From contig DASZCN010000060.1 in the NCBI GenBank assembly GCA_035943095.1, positions 3,710 to 67,709 on the forward strand: DNA of 64,000 nucleotides. The letters are read 5' to 3'. The translations under genes were made by a program, and so were the position numbers. Numbering within the stretch: the first letter of the stretch is position 1; every line of letters begins with the position of its first letter. The notes under the pieces are model-generated. The model saw only the letters and a program-made list of their open reading frames with translations, made no database searches and was not told the DNA's origin. Below, piece by piece: positions 38,521-48,581 of the stretch. This DNA is from Gemmatimonadales bacterium. Lineage in GTDB: Bacteria > Gemmatimonadota > Gemmatimonadetes > Gemmatimonadales > GWC2-71-9.

Positions 38521-40113
38521 TCACGACCGCTTGTAGCGCCACGCGGCAATCGCCGGCAGGTCGGCCGTCACCTTGAACGACTGGTTCGCGCCGGCGGCGA
38601 GCGCGGGCACGTCTTGTGGCTTTGATGCCACGACGGTACCGGTCTTGTCCAAGAACTCGAAGGTGATCGTGATCGGTGCCGAGCCCTTGGAGCGGAAGTT
38701 GGTGAACAGACCGCTCACCTCGGCGCCTTTGTCCGTCGCGATGAAATTGCCGACGGTGACCTCGATCGGCAGCGAATCCGCAAGCTGGAGGTAATGGAGG
38801 ACGGAGTCCTTCTGCCCGAGCAGCTGAAAACCACCGGCGATCTTGGCCAGGGTCAGACGGTTCATCGGATCGGCCCCATACAGCCGGCGCGCCAGCGGGA
38901 GCACCTTGGCGGTGTCGCCGATCATGTATGAAATGCCGGTCAGGTTGTACAAGGCGTCGCGCAGATAGGGATTCTTCGCGAGCCCAGCTTCGTACATCTT
39001 GACCACAAGACGATACTGCGGGTCGGCAAACGCGTGAAACTTGTGCATCGTGTCGGCGGCGGCCGGCTGGCATCGCACGGAGATCTGCCGCACCGTGAGC
39101 GCGGGCGTCTTCTTCTTCTGTACTTTAGCGCAGGTGGAGTCCATGGCCGCCGTGTCCGGGCTCGAAGGAATCACGCTGAGTACCGACTGCGCGGCCGCAA
39201 ACAGATCGTCTGGCGTGGCAGAATCGGAGTGCGCGATGAGCGCATTGTAGAGCGCCATGGCCGAATCCCGCTGGTTCTGGAGCGCCAATATCCCCGCCAG
39301 GCTCGCCATCGCTTGCACATCGTTGGGATAGGCGGCGAGGAATTCCTTATAGGCGCTGGCGGCCTCGTCGTAGCGCTTGGCCGAGTGATACACGCGAGCC
39401 ACGTTGAGGAACGCGCCCCGACGTTCGGTGGCATACTTCGGATCGGACGCGGCGGGCACCGCCAAGCGAAAGTACTTCGCCGCGGAGTCCAAGCGGGTCG
39501 CGTACACGAGCGAATCGGTGTGGTATTTCGTCGCATCCGTGCGCTTCAAGCCCGTGTCGGGCTCCTCGCGACCCACGAACAGATTCGCGAGGTAGATCAG
39601 GCCCAACGGCTCGCCCTGGTACATCTGATTCGCGTGCCGGAACGACACGATCGCCGAGTCCGTGTTTCCCGCTTGCCACGCCTGCACGCCGGCGTTGTAC
39701 ATGGGCACCCACGCCTGGCGACGGTACAGTCCGATGTCCTCCTTGCATGTAGGCGCCAGCGCCAACGCTTTGATGAACGCAGAATCCGCGCCCGCACCGT
39801 CCTGTACCATCAGGTAGTAGCGACCCAGGTAGTACCAGGCGGCCGGATTCTTCTCCTGTTTGCCCGTGGTCACCGCCTGCGTCAGCACACGCTCGGCGTC
39901 CTTCAGGTCCTTGGCCTTCTGATCGGCGAACTTCGTGGTGAATGCGCTTTTCAGCGACTGCATACCGCTGTTTACCAGCTGGTGACCGGGCTTGATATCA
40001 CACGCGGCCGGCAACCAGATCTGCTGCGCGGACGCCGAGGCCGGCGCCAGCAACACCAGGCAGCCGACCACCAGCACGCTCCCCCCCCCACGGATAGCCT
40101 GCGTTAGGCTCAT
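38521..40113 (-). CDS. Secreted TPR protein with C-terminal beta (FxLYD-like) domain, paralog 2
   Basis: ATG 40113; signal peptide ending ASAQ; NPAAWYYLGRYY; C-terminal ..QDVPAL..IAAWRY. Confidence 0.8.
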   Translation of the reverse strand: MSLTQAIRGGGSVLVVGCLVLLAPASASAQQIWLPAACDIKPGHQLVNSGMQSLKSAFTTKFADQKAKDLKDAERVLTQAVTTGKQEKNPAAWYYLGRYYLMVQDGAGADSAFIKALALAPTCKEDIGLYRRQAWVPMYNAGVQAWQAGNTDSAIVSFRHANQMYQGEPLGLIYLANLFVGREEPDTGLKRTDATKYHTDSLVYATRLDSAAKYFRLAVPAASDPKYATERRGAFLNVARVYHSAKRYDEAASAYKEFLAAYPNDVQAMASLAGILALQNQRDSAMALYNALIAHSDSATPDDLFAAAQSVLSVIPSSPDTAAMDSTCAKVQKKKTPALTVRQISVRCQPAAADTMHKFHAFADPQYRLVVKMYEAGLAKNPYLRDALYNLTGISYMIGDTAKVLPLARRLYGADPMNRLTLAKIAGGFQLLGQKDSVLHYLQLADSLPIEVTVGNFIATDKGAEVSGLFTNFRSKGSAPITITFEFLDKTGTVVASKPQDVPALAAGANQSFKVTADLPAIAAWRYKRS

Positions 40114-40115
40114 GC

Positions 40116-41300
40116 TCACTCCTTGGATTTGGCGACGAGCGCCTCGGCATCGCGCTCGGCGACGCGGGCGACTTCGAGCGGCGGCCGGCCCAGCGCCCGG
40201 GCGGCCGCGAGCACGTCGTCGTACTCTGGTTTCACGCGCACTCCGGTTGCATCGGCCTGCTCCAGCACCTTCACTCGCACGGCGACCTCCGGCGTGAGCT
40301 GGACCGTCACCTGACGCCGTGCCAAGGTCGCCCGCTCGGCCACCCAGCGGCGCACGCCGGCCGTCGTGCTGTGGCGAAACAACGCCGCGGTCACCCGCTC
40401 GGCCAGCCCTTCCGGCGCGACCACCTCCACCCGGAACCCGGACCGCCCTTTTTTCATCTGCACCGGCCAGGTTTGAACATCGAGCGCGCCCTCGGCCACG
40501 AGGGCCTGCCGCAGCGGCTCCACGTACTCGGGGCTCATGTCGTCCAGGTCGCTCGCCAACAGCACCACTCGCCCGGCCTCGGCCGCCTGCTCGGCGACCA
40601 GAATACGCAGTGCGTTGGGGTAGTGCGCGGGGTTGCGCTGCCCTGCCCCCCACCCGCTCTTCAGCAAGCGCCACTGCCGGGGCGGCGACCCGGCGGACAA
40701 CACGCGCACCAGTGCCGCGCCGGTCGGCGTGGTCGCTTCGCCTTCCACCGGCCCGCCACTGGCGAGCTCCAGGCCCTCGAGCAGTATCGCAGTCGCCGGT
40801 GCGGGCACCGGGAGCCGGCCGTGCGCCGCTTCGACCCAACCGCTCCCTGTGGCGACCGGCAACGTGTAGACAGCCTCCACCCCTAACTGCTCGAACCCCT
40901 CGATCGCGCCGACGATGTCGAGAATCGCGTCGACCGCCCCCACCTCGTGCAGGTGTACACGCTCCGGCGCGACGCCGTGCACGCGACCTTCAGCTTCGCC
41001 GATCAGCCGGAACGCCCGAAGAGCTCGCTCCTTGACCCAATTCGAAACGGGCGCTTGCTCGACCAAGCGCAACAGCTCGTCCACGTGACGCCCGTGCGGC
41101 CGATCGGGGATCGTGAACTCGACTTGCTTGCATGCCACCCCGCCACGGATAGCGTCCCGCGCTGCAACCCCCACGCCGGCCAGCCCCAAGCGCGTCGGTA
41201 ACCCTTCAAGCCACGCCGAGGGCACGCCGAGGGATAAGAGTGCCCCCAACGTCATGTCGCCGGATATCCCGGCTGCCGGGTCCAGGATCGCGATGCGCAT
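40116..41300 (-). CDS. larC: Nickel pincer cofactor biosynthesis protein LarC
   Basis: GISGDMTLGALL, AEGRVHG...VHLHEVGAVDAILDI, PVPAPAT, TPTGAA, MKKGR, PEYDD. Confidence 0.92.
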   Translation of the reverse strand: MRIAILDPAAGISGDMTLGALLSLGVPSAWLEGLPTRLGLAGVGVAARDAIRGGVACKQVEFTIPDRPHGRHVDELLRLVEQAPVSNWVKERALRAFRLIGEAEGRVHGVAPERVHLHEVGAVDAILDIVGAIEGFEQLGVEAVYTLPVATGSGWVEAAHGRLPVPAPATAILLEGLELASGGPVEGEATTPTGAALVRVLSAGSPPRQWRLLKSGWGAGQRNPAHYPNALRILVAEQAAEAGRVVLLASDLDDMSPEYVEPLRQALVAEGALDVQTWPVQMKKGRSGFRVEVVAPEGLAERVTAALFRHSTTAGVRRWVAERATLARRQVTVQLTPEVAVRVKVLEQADATGVRVKPEYDDVLAAARALGRPPLEVARVAERDAEALVAKSKE

Positions 41301-41328
41301 CGTTCCCAAGCTCTGAAATATTAACGGG

Positions 41329-42480
41329 TTAGGATCGGTAGAGCCACCCTGCGCCCGTGTTGAACAGCACCACGTGCTCTTCCGGCTCAAGGGCTCCCTG
41401 CGCCTTGAGTTCGACCGCTCCAGCGAGCGCCGCTCCGCCCTCCGGTGAGGCGTCGATACCCTCGAGCGTCTGCAGATCACGCGCGGCCGCGGCGAGCTGG
41501 CTGTCCGTCACGCTCACCGCGCCTCCGCCGCTGTCCCGCAGCGCGCGCAGCATCAGGCGATCGCCGAGCGGGCTTGGCACGCGGAGGCCGGCGGCGATCG
41601 TGGATGGGTCAGGCCAGGACGTACATGCCTCCGCGCCCGTTTGGAACGCCCGCACCACGGGCGCGCACCCCGCGGCCTGGACCGTGTACATCCGCGGGGC
41701 CCGCCCGGTCACCCAGCCGGCGGCGACGAGCTCGGCGAAGGCCTTCCACATCCCGATCAAGCCCGTGCCACCGCCCGTCGGGTAGACAATGGCATCCGGC
41801 AGCGTCCACCCGAGCTGCTCTGCGAGTTCGAGGGCGAGAGTCTTCTTGCCCTCGATGCGGTACGGCTCCCGCAACGTCGACACGTCCACCGCGCCGGTTT
41901 CCACCGCGTACGCTCGGGCCGCCTTTCCGCAGTCTCCGATGTGTCCATCCACCAACGCCAAATCACCGCCGAAGGCACGAATCTGCATGAGAATGGTTGG
42001 GGGCGTGCTCACCGGTGCGTACACGCGCGCCCGGATGCCGGCCTGAGCCGCGTACGCCGAGAGCGCGACGCCGGCGTTGCCGGCGGTCGGGACGACGAAC
42101 GCTTTCGCGCCTGCCCGCGCGGCGCGGGTTACCGCGGCGGCGAGGCCACGCGCCTTGAACGAGCCGGTCGGATTCACCGCCTCGTCTTTGACACGCAAGT
42201 TCCGGAAGCCGTGCTTCCCGCCGGCACGGGGCACCGAGAGCAACGGCGTGCCTCCCTCACCGAGGGTGACCGGCACTTCCCCGTCCGCCAGCGGCAACCA
42301 CTCGCGGTACCGCCACATCGTCCAGGATCGCTCCCGCAGCCGCTCCTTGACCGCCGGGGGGGGTCCGGCGCGATAGCGCACCAGGTACGGCTGGCCGCAC
42401 TTCCCGCACACGCCGGGCAACCCCTCCGCCCCACGGACCGCGGAGCACGCGGAGCACTCGAGCGACCAGGCGAGCGTCAC
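41329..42480 (-). CDS. thrC: Threonine synthase (PLP-dependent)
   Basis: N-terminal CxxC..CxxC; LGEGGTPL, NPTGSFKARG, TAGNAG, EGKKT, PTGGG, NTG. Confidence 0.82.
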   Translation of the reverse strand: MTLAWSLECSACSAVRGAEGLPGVCGKCGQPYLVRYRAGPPPAVKERLRERSWTMWRYREWLPLADGEVPVTLGEGGTPLLSVPRAGGKHGFRNLRVKDEAVNPTGSFKARGLAAAVTRAARAGAKAFVVPTAGNAGVALSAYAAQAGIRARVYAPVSTPPTILMQIRAFGGDLALVDGHIGDCGKAARAYAVETGAVDVSTLREPYRIEGKKTLALELAEQLGWTLPDAIVYPTGGGTGLIGMWKAFAELVAAGWVTGRAPRMYTVQAAGCAPVVRAFQTGAEACTSWPDPSTIAAGLRVPSPLGDRLMLRALRDSGGGAVSVTDSQLAAAARDLQTLEGIDASPEGGAALAGAVELKAQGALEPEEHVVLFNTGAGWLYRS

Positions 42481-42481
42481 G

Positions 42482-44290
42482 TCAGATCGGGGCGTGGAGC
42501 CGATCGAGGATACGCTCGGCCAGGCGGACCGAAAATCCTGGCAGCGCGGCGATCTCGGCCGGCGTGGCGGTCTTGACGCCCGCGAGTGACCCGAACCGTT
42601 CGAGCAAGACGCGCCGGCGATTCGGGCCGATGCCGGGGATGGCGAGCAATTCGGAGGTGATGGTGCGTCGCGAGCGGCGTTTGCGGCTGTAGGTCACCGC
42701 GAAACGGTGGGCCTCATCGCGAGCTCGCTGCAGCAGCTTCAACGACGGGCTCCGCCGCGAGAGCGCGAGCGGCTGAACGCGACCAGGCAGGAAAATCTCC
42801 TCTTCCCGCTTCGCGAGGCTCACGATCGGGAGCTGCTCCTGGCCGACCGCGCGAGCGGCGTCCAGCGCCGCACCGAGCTGGCCCTTCCCGCCGTCGATCA
42901 CCAGGAGGTCGGGCAGCGGCTTTTCCTCGGCGATGCGCCGCGTGAGATAGCGCGTCACCACCTCGTGCACAGCGGCAAAGTCGTCCTGCGGCGCGCCCCG
43001 GATCCGGAAGCGCCGGTATTCGGCCTTCTTGGGCCGCCCCGCCTCGAACCACACGAGCGAGCCGACCGTGTCCCGGCCCTGATTCGTCGAAATGTCGATG
43101 CAAACGAACGCGCGGGGAACAGTGGCGAGCCCCAAGTCCCGACCCAGCGCAAACACAGGATCGGCCGCCCGCTCGTCGATGTCGAAGCTCTCGATCTTGA
43201 GGCTATCCAGCAGGTGGCGCGCGTTCTGGTCGGCCAGCTCCGCGAGCTGGGCCTTGGCCCCCCGCAGTGGCGTGCGCCATTCCACGTCGGGCACGAGGGC
43301 TGCCAGCGAGGCCAGATCCTCGGGTGGGAATGGCAGCAGTACGATTCGGGCGCGACCTTCGAGAGGTACATAGCAGCGGACCAGGAACGCCGACAACACG
43401 GCACCCTCGGTTTCGTGCTCTGCGCCCTCCAAGAACCAGTGCTCCCGCGCGATCAGCTTGCCATCACGCACGCGCAGCACGACTCCGCACGCGTCGTCGC
43501 CATCCCGCGCGATGCCGATCGCGTCGGCATCCCCACCCCCCACGAGCTCGACCGCCTGCGGCTGCTCCAGCTGGTCCAACCACTTGAGCGCGTCGCGCAC
43601 CTGGGCCGCGCGCTCGAAGTCCTGCTGGCGCGACGCCTGCTGCATGCGTTCCCGGAGGCGGGTGCGCACGTCCACGGTCTTTCCTTCGAGGAACAGGAGC
43701 ACGTCCTCGATCATGCCGCGGTAGTCCGCCTCGCTCTGGAGGCCGACGCACGGCGCCCGGCAGCGCTCGATGTGGTAGTCGAGGCAGGGCCTTTCCGGCG
43801 CGTCTCCCGGCAGGTTCCAGTGACACGAGCGCACCGTGAAGATGCGCCGGATGATGTTGAGCGTCTGTCGCAACGTGGCGACGTCCGTGTAGGGACCGAA
43901 GTAGCGGGCGCCGGGGATCGACACGCGCCGCACCACCAGTACACGCGGGAACGGTTCCGCGAGAGTCACCGCGATCCGGGGATAGCTCTTGTCGTCGGTC
44001 AGCCGGATGTTGAAGCGCGGCCGATGCTCCTTGATGAGGTTGTTCTCCAGCAGGAGCGCCTGCGGCTCGTTCGACACGATGATCGTCTCGACATCGGCGA
44101 TTTGCGCCACCAGGGCCGCCTGCTCGGGCGTCCCCCCTGCGTCCGGGCCGAAGTAGCTCGGGACGCGCGCGCGGAGGTTCTTGGCCTTCCCAACGTAGAG
44201 AATCTCGCCGGCGCCGTTCCTCCAGAGATACACGCCCGGCTTGTCGGGAAGGGCTTCTAGCTTGCGCGAAAGGTGGTCAGGGATTGCCAT
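42482..44290 (-). CDS. uvrC: Excinuclease ABC subunit C
   Basis: PDKPGVY..YVGKAKNLRAR (GIY-YIG), UVR domain, DIS..QG, IDGGKGQ, RDEAHRFA, HhH. Confidence 0.96.
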   Translation of the reverse strand: MAIPDHLSRKLEALPDKPGVYLWRNGAGEILYVGKAKNLRARVPSYFGPDAGGTPEQAALVAQIADVETIIVSNEPQALLLENNLIKEHRPRFNIRLTDDKSYPRIAVTLAEPFPRVLVVRRVSIPGARYFGPYTDVATLRQTLNIIRRIFTVRSCHWNLPGDAPERPCLDYHIERCRAPCVGLQSEADYRGMIEDVLLFLEGKTVDVRTRLRERMQQASRQQDFERAAQVRDALKWLDQLEQPQAVELVGGGDADAIGIARDGDDACGVVLRVRDGKLIAREHWFLEGAEHETEGAVLSAFLVRCYVPLEGRARIVLLPFPPEDLASLAALVPDVEWRTPLRGAKAQLAELADQNARHLLDSLKIESFDIDERAADPVFALGRDLGLATVPRAFVCIDISTNQGRDTVGSLVWFEAGRPKKAEYRRFRIRGAPQDDFAAVHEVVTRYLTRRIAEEKPLPDLLVIDGGKGQLGAALDAARAVGQEQLPIVSLAKREEEIFLPGRVQPLALSRRSPSLKLLQRARDEAHRFAVTYSRKRRSRRTITSELLAIPGIGPNRRRVLLERFGSLAGVKTATPAEIAALPGFSVRLAERILDRLHAPI

Positions 44291-45873
44291 GTCCGGACGG
44301 CATCGGGATGCTTGAGCGCCAGCGTCGCCGCGGCGTAGACGATCCCAAAGGTAACGAGGGTGAGACCCCCGCGCGGCACCGGACTCATGCCCGACGCAAG
44401 ATGCGATGCGCCGAAAGCGAGGCCGCCCGCCGCCGCCCCGGCCAGGAGGGTGGCTCCGAACGCCCGCCAGTCCGCGCCGCGGAGCACGCTCCCGATGCGC
44501 CCGTTCAGGTCGCGCAGGTGGAGCGTGGTGCTCACGAACGCGCCGATGGAGGACCCGAGCGCGATACCCGGCGCGCCGAGCCACCGCATCAGCACCCACG
44601 CAAGGCTCGTCGAAATCACGAGGGAGAAGGCGGCGATTTTCACGGGCGTGCGCGTATCGCGCATGGCGTAGAAGCCCGAGGCGAAGAGCTTCACGGTCGA
44701 CTGGGCCACGAGGCCTACGCCGTAGGCCGCCAGCACACTCGCGACGAGCGTGGTGGCCTGCGCCGTGAACCGGCCGGTCTGGTACAGCGCCGCGACGATC
44801 TCGCGGCTCAGGACGATGCACGCGATGGACGACGGAACCACGAAGAACACGATACGGCGGAATCCCACCGCGATTCGGTTGCGCAGCTGATCGTTCGGCG
44901 TCGTGCTCCCCCTCCCGCCAGAGCCTGCGCCCGCCGCGTCGCGCGAAAGCTCCGGCAGCGAGACGGCCGTGACCGAGACGCCGAACAGGCTGATCGGCAG
45001 TTGCTGGACCAACTGGGCATACCCCAGCGCGGACACGCCTCCCGCACCGGTGAACGAGCCCAGGAAGGTGTCGATCAAACCGGACACTTGAGCGACCCCA
45101 GCGCCCAGCAGCAACGGGAGCCACGCCACGATGACGTTGCGCACGCCTTCGGGCGCTGTGGAGAACCGCACCGGAATGCCGCGGAGCAATCGCCAGCAGG
45201 TCGGCAGCTGGACGGCGATCTGCAGCACGCTTCCCCCCACGGTTCCCCACGCCAGTGCGAGCGACAGGCGGTGCAGCTGTGTATCGACCGGGAGCGTGCG
45301 ATTCGCGAACCAGGTCCCCGCGGCCACCATCGCAACGATCCCCGCGACGTTCCACAGGGCCGGTGCAGCGTACGGAAGGAAAAAGCGCCGGTGGGTGTTC
45401 AAGATCCCGAGACACCACGCGGAGACGACCATCAGCCCCGTCATGGGGAACAGGATGCGTACCAGCGTGATGGTCAGCTGGCGGCGTGGCTCGTCGAATC
45501 CCTTGGCAATGACCGTGGTGATAGCAGGGGCGAGCCCGATGCCCAGGAGCGCCAGCACGCCGGAGGCCAGCAGGAGTAACCCCAAAACGGCGCCCGCCAG
45601 GGCCCGGGCGGTGCTCTTGTCGGGACGCTCGTTGAGCGCAGCATAAACGGGAATGAACGAGGCGGAGAGGGTGCCCTCGCCCAACAGGTTGCGGATCGTA
45701 TTCGGGATGCGGAGCGCCGCGCGAAACGCGTCGGCGGGGACGCTATCGTTGCCGAAGTAGTACGCGAATACGCGCTCGCGCACGTATCCCAAGACGCGCG
45801 TCAGAAAAATCCCGGTGGCCACTTGCGCGGCATGGCGCGCACCACCGCCTCCCGCTGCCCCCCGGTTGGGCAC
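44257..45873 (-). CDS. murJ: Lipid II flippase MurJ (MviN)
   Basis: RVLGYVRE, DAF..A.RIPN..R.L.GEG.LS.SFIP, QLPISLFG, FYAMRDTRTP. Confidence 0.95.
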   Translation of the reverse strand: MPNRGAAGGGGARHAAQVATGIFLTRVLGYVRERVFAYYFGNDSVPADAFRAALRIPNTIRNLLGEGTLSASFIPVYAALNERPDKSTARALAGAVLGLLLLASGVLALLGIGLAPAITTVIAKGFDEPRRQLTITLVRILFPMTGLMVVSAWCLGILNTHRRFFLPYAAPALWNVAGIVAMVAAGTWFANRTLPVDTQLHRLSLALAWGTVGGSVLQIAVQLPTCWRLLRGIPVRFSTAPEGVRNVIVAWLPLLLGAGVAQVSGLIDTFLGSFTGAGGVSALGYAQLVQQLPISLFGVSVTAVSLPELSRDAAGAGSGGRGSTTPNDQLRNRIAVGFRRIVFFVVPSSIACIVLSREIVAALYQTGRFTAQATTLVASVLAAYGVGLVAQSTVKLFASGFYAMRDTRTPVKIAAFSLVISTSLAWVLMRWLGAPGIALGSSIGAFVSTTLHLRDLNGRIGSVLRGADWRAFGATLLAGAAAGGLAFGASHLASGMSPVPRGGLTLVTFGIVYAAATLALKHPDAVRTWQSLTTFRAS

Positions 45874-45875
45874 CG

Positions 45876-46151
45876 TCAGGACGGTCGGTTCTTCTTGGTG
45901 GGATCTTCGAGCAGGCGCTGAACGAACTGCAGCTCCTCACGCATCCCGGCGAGCGAGCGGTTGACGTCCTCGAGATCGGTCTCGAGGGCCTCCAGCCTGC
46001 GCTCGAGCTGCCGCAAGCCCTGTCCGCCGCCGTCTCCCCCACCCTGACCTTCGAGCCGTCGTGCCACAGAGCGCCCGAGGGGAGAGTCGACCAGAATGGC
46101 CGTGATAGGAATCATCAGGGCCACGAGCAAGATGACGACGAAGACCCACAT
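45876..46151 (-). CDS. Small membrane-anchored coiled-coil protein (PspB-like architecture)
   Basis: N-terminal TM; heptads LRQLERRLEALE..V..L..M.EEL.F..RLL. Confidence 0.7.
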   Translation of the reverse strand: MWVFVVILLVALMIPITAILVDSPLGRSVARRLEGQGGGDGGGQGLRQLERRLEALETDLEDVNRSLAGMREELQFVQRLLEDPTKKNRPS

Positions 46152-46157
46152 GAGAGG

Positions 46158-46163
46158 ATCTTA
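46158..46163 (-). promoter_or_regulatory. Putative -10 box (TAAGAT) of a leaderless transcript
   Basis: TANNNT 6 nt before ATG 46151; overlaps the bshC stop; no SD. Confidence 0.4.
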
Positions 46164-47588
46164 CGAAGCGCCCGCCCAGCGCGCCACCTCTTGCTCGAGT
46201 CCGTCGAGCAGCGCCGCTCCGTAACGGATCAGGAACGACGGCAGCGTGAGCACACGCTCCTGCGGCTGACCATCCGGGTACACCGCCGCGCGGGCCCGGG
46301 CAATCTGTCGCACCAGCGTCTCACCCTCGAGTCGCTTGAGACTCGCGATGAGCTTCTTCTCGATCGTCTGCGCGCCCGAGAGCGCCGCGTTGCGCGCCGA
46401 TTCCACCGTGCGCTCGAGCGTGGGATCGACCTTCCTCGCCGACACGAGCAACCGGCCGTACTGCTCCTCGATGCTCGCCCGCAGGGTCCCAAGCGTCGCG
46501 ACCGCCTCCGGTGGCAGGTCGTTGCGCACGAGCCGCGCCTCGAGCTCTCCCGGCTTGCCATCGAACGCCGCCAGATCGATCCCATGGCGCTCCATGAACT
46601 TCTCGACGCGCGCCTCGACCAAAACGCCCGACCAGCGCGGGACGGGCTGCTGACGGGCGACGCCCAGGGTCGCGTACAAGGGCGCGGCATCGGGGAGATA
46701 CTCGAGCTCGGCGGGGCCCGCGGCGTACGCCACGGTGGGCAGAAGCGCCGCCTCGACCGCCGGCCGAAGCAGCACGTTGGGGGACAAACGGTCCGGAGCC
46801 TCTGACGCGATGCGCTCGAGGTCGACCCGCGCGAAGCGCTCGCCGCTCCGCCGTGCGACGAAGCCGTCGCCTTGGCGCTCGAGTCGGTCCCGGCCCTCGC
46901 GGCCTTCGACGAACACCGGCGTGTAACCGTCCGCCAGCGTGACATCGAGGCCCTTCAAGACCCACGGGGCAGCCGCGCGCTTGGCCGCCGCGTCGTGGAC
47001 CCGCAACACGACCAACCCTCGCGGGCCGAGCAGCGCGTGGATCGCGGCCGCGAAGGCGTCGGCGAGCGACGCTTCCGGTTCGTAACATCGCGCCAGACCG
47101 TCAATGACGCCCGCTTTGAACTCGGTCTCGGGCGTGCCCTCCCGCAGCTGCGCCAGCGCCTCGACGATCTCTGGCCCGCACCGCTCTCGCGCCAGCGGAA
47201 GGAGTGGCGCATCGGCCGGGCGCTCGCGCAGCACGATGCGGGTGAGCTCGCCGCTCGCGTTGATAAACGACGCGTGATTCGCCTCGGCGAAGTCGTGGTC
47301 GTCCCCGGCCACCCAGAACACCGGCACGACGGGGGTGCGCCATTCCGTTTCGAGTCGTCGTGCCAGCGCAATGCTCGAGAGCGCCTTGTAGATCGTGTAG
47401 AGGGGGCCCGTGAAGAGGCCGGGCTGCTGGCCGGTGGTGACCACGAGGACGTCCCCGGCCGCGAGGCGGTCGCGCGCCGCTCCGGGTAGCGCGGCCGCGA
47501 TCACGTCCGGCGCTACGCGCCGCGGCGCGAGCTTCCGTTGGGGCAACGCGAGCGCTGCAATCGGCGTCGTGACGATGCGTGGTATCAC
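46161..47588 (-). CDS. bshC: Bacillithiol biosynthesis protein BshC
   Basis: VTTGQQPGLFTGPLYTIYKA, FWVAGDDHDFAE, SPNVLLRP, P.VAY.AGPAEL.Y, PQERV; GTG 47588. Confidence 0.9.
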   Translation of the reverse strand: MIPRIVTTPIAALALPQRKLAPRRVAPDVIAAALPGAARDRLAAGDVLVVTTGQQPGLFTGPLYTIYKALSSIALARRLETEWRTPVVPVFWVAGDDHDFAEANHASFINASGELTRIVLRERPADAPLLPLARERCGPEIVEALAQLREGTPETEFKAGVIDGLARCYEPEASLADAFAAAIHALLGPRGLVVLRVHDAAAKRAAAPWVLKGLDVTLADGYTPVFVEGREGRDRLERQGDGFVARRSGERFARVDLERIASEAPDRLSPNVLLRPAVEAALLPTVAYAAGPAELEYLPDAAPLYATLGVARQQPVPRWSGVLVEARVEKFMERHGIDLAAFDGKPGELEARLVRNDLPPEAVATLGTLRASIEEQYGRLLVSARKVDPTLERTVESARNAALSGAQTIEKKLIASLKRLEGETLVRQIARARAAVYPDGQPQERVLTLPSFLIRYGAALLDGLEQEVARWAGAS

Positions 47589-48184
47589 CCGGCGCTCTCC
47601 CCCCTTCCCCCGACTTCGCCAAACACGTCCGCTTGAAACGCGAGCACTTGGGCAGCGGGTTCCCGCCATGCGTCGGGCGGCAGTCCCGCCTTGCGGCAGG
47701 CGGCCGCAAGGAACGCCTCCGGTCCCCACCCCTGCTCCGCGGCGACCTGCGGCAACAGCAGGCCGATGTGTCGTTCGCGGCGCACGATCACGCCGTCGCG
47801 GCCCACCACGATGCGTGCCGCGTCGACCGGCGCCGGAAGCAGCACGGGCTCGAGGAGTACAGAGATCTCCACGGTAATCAGCGCGAGCTCGTCGGGCTCG
47901 ACGGCAGCGAACCGCGGATCGTCGCGTGCGGCGGCGATCGCCATCTCCTGCACTACCGGGCCGAGCGCCCGATCGGCCACGATGTGGCCGATGCAACCGC
48001 GCAACGCGCCACGCTCATACAGCGTCACAAAGGCCCCGCGCTTCAACCCGGCACCAGGCACCGCCGGGATCGGTGGCAGGGGCCGGCCGGCGAGGTGTGC
48101 CGCGAGCGTGGCGCGGGCCAGGCCGCACAATGCCGCCCGATCGGCTGCCGTCAGCTCAGGATCCGCGGTGATAGGGTTCTCCAC
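47585..48184 (-). CDS. AMMECR1-domain protein (AmmeMemoRadiSam protein A)
   Basis: GAFVTL..LRGCIG, EISVL, GRDG, LLLPQVA, CRKAGL. Confidence 0.9.
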   Translation of the reverse strand: MENPITADPELTAADRAALCGLARATLAAHLAGRPLPPIPAVPGAGLKRGAFVTLYERGALRGCIGHIVADRALGPVVQEMAIAAARDDPRFAAVEPDELALITVEISVLLEPVLLPAPVDAARIVVGRDGVIVRRERHIGLLLPQVAAEQGWGPEAFLAAACRKAGLPPDAWREPAAQVLAFQADVFGEVGGRGESAG

Positions 48185-48581
48185 GACGGATCGTGTACGC
48201 GCGATACAACTGCTCGTACAGTACCACGCGCGCGAGCTCGTGCGGCAGGGTCAACCGGGACAGGCTCCAGACGCGCTCCGCCTGTCGGAGCACGGGCTCC
48301 GGGAGCGCGTCCGCACCGCCGATCGCGAGCGCCACGTCGCGGCCGTCCATCTCCCATCGCGCGGTCCACTCAGCGAGCTGTCCCGACGTCCATTCCTCTC
48401 CCGACCGGGACAACGCGACGAGGCGCGAGCCCTCCGCTACCGCTTCGAGGACTCGCGCCTCATCCTTCACTTCCCGCTCCTCGACTCGCGCGTAGTGTCG
48501 CAGGCGCTCGAGGTATTCGTCACAGGCCGCCCGGAGCGCCGCGTCTCGGACGCGGCCCACCGCGACCACGCGATAGAGCAT
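48156..48581 (-). CDS. rlmH: 23S rRNA (pseudouridine1915-N3)-methyltransferase
   Basis: IGGADAL, LSRLTLPHELARVVLYEQLYRA..I..GEPYH. Confidence 0.93.
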   Translation of the reverse strand: MLYRVVAVGRVRDAALRAACDEYLERLRHYARVEEREVKDEARVLEAVAEGSRLVALSRSGEEWTSGQLAEWTARWEMDGRDVALAIGGADALPEPVLRQAERVWSLSRLTLPHELARVVLYEQLYRAYTIRRGEPYHRGS

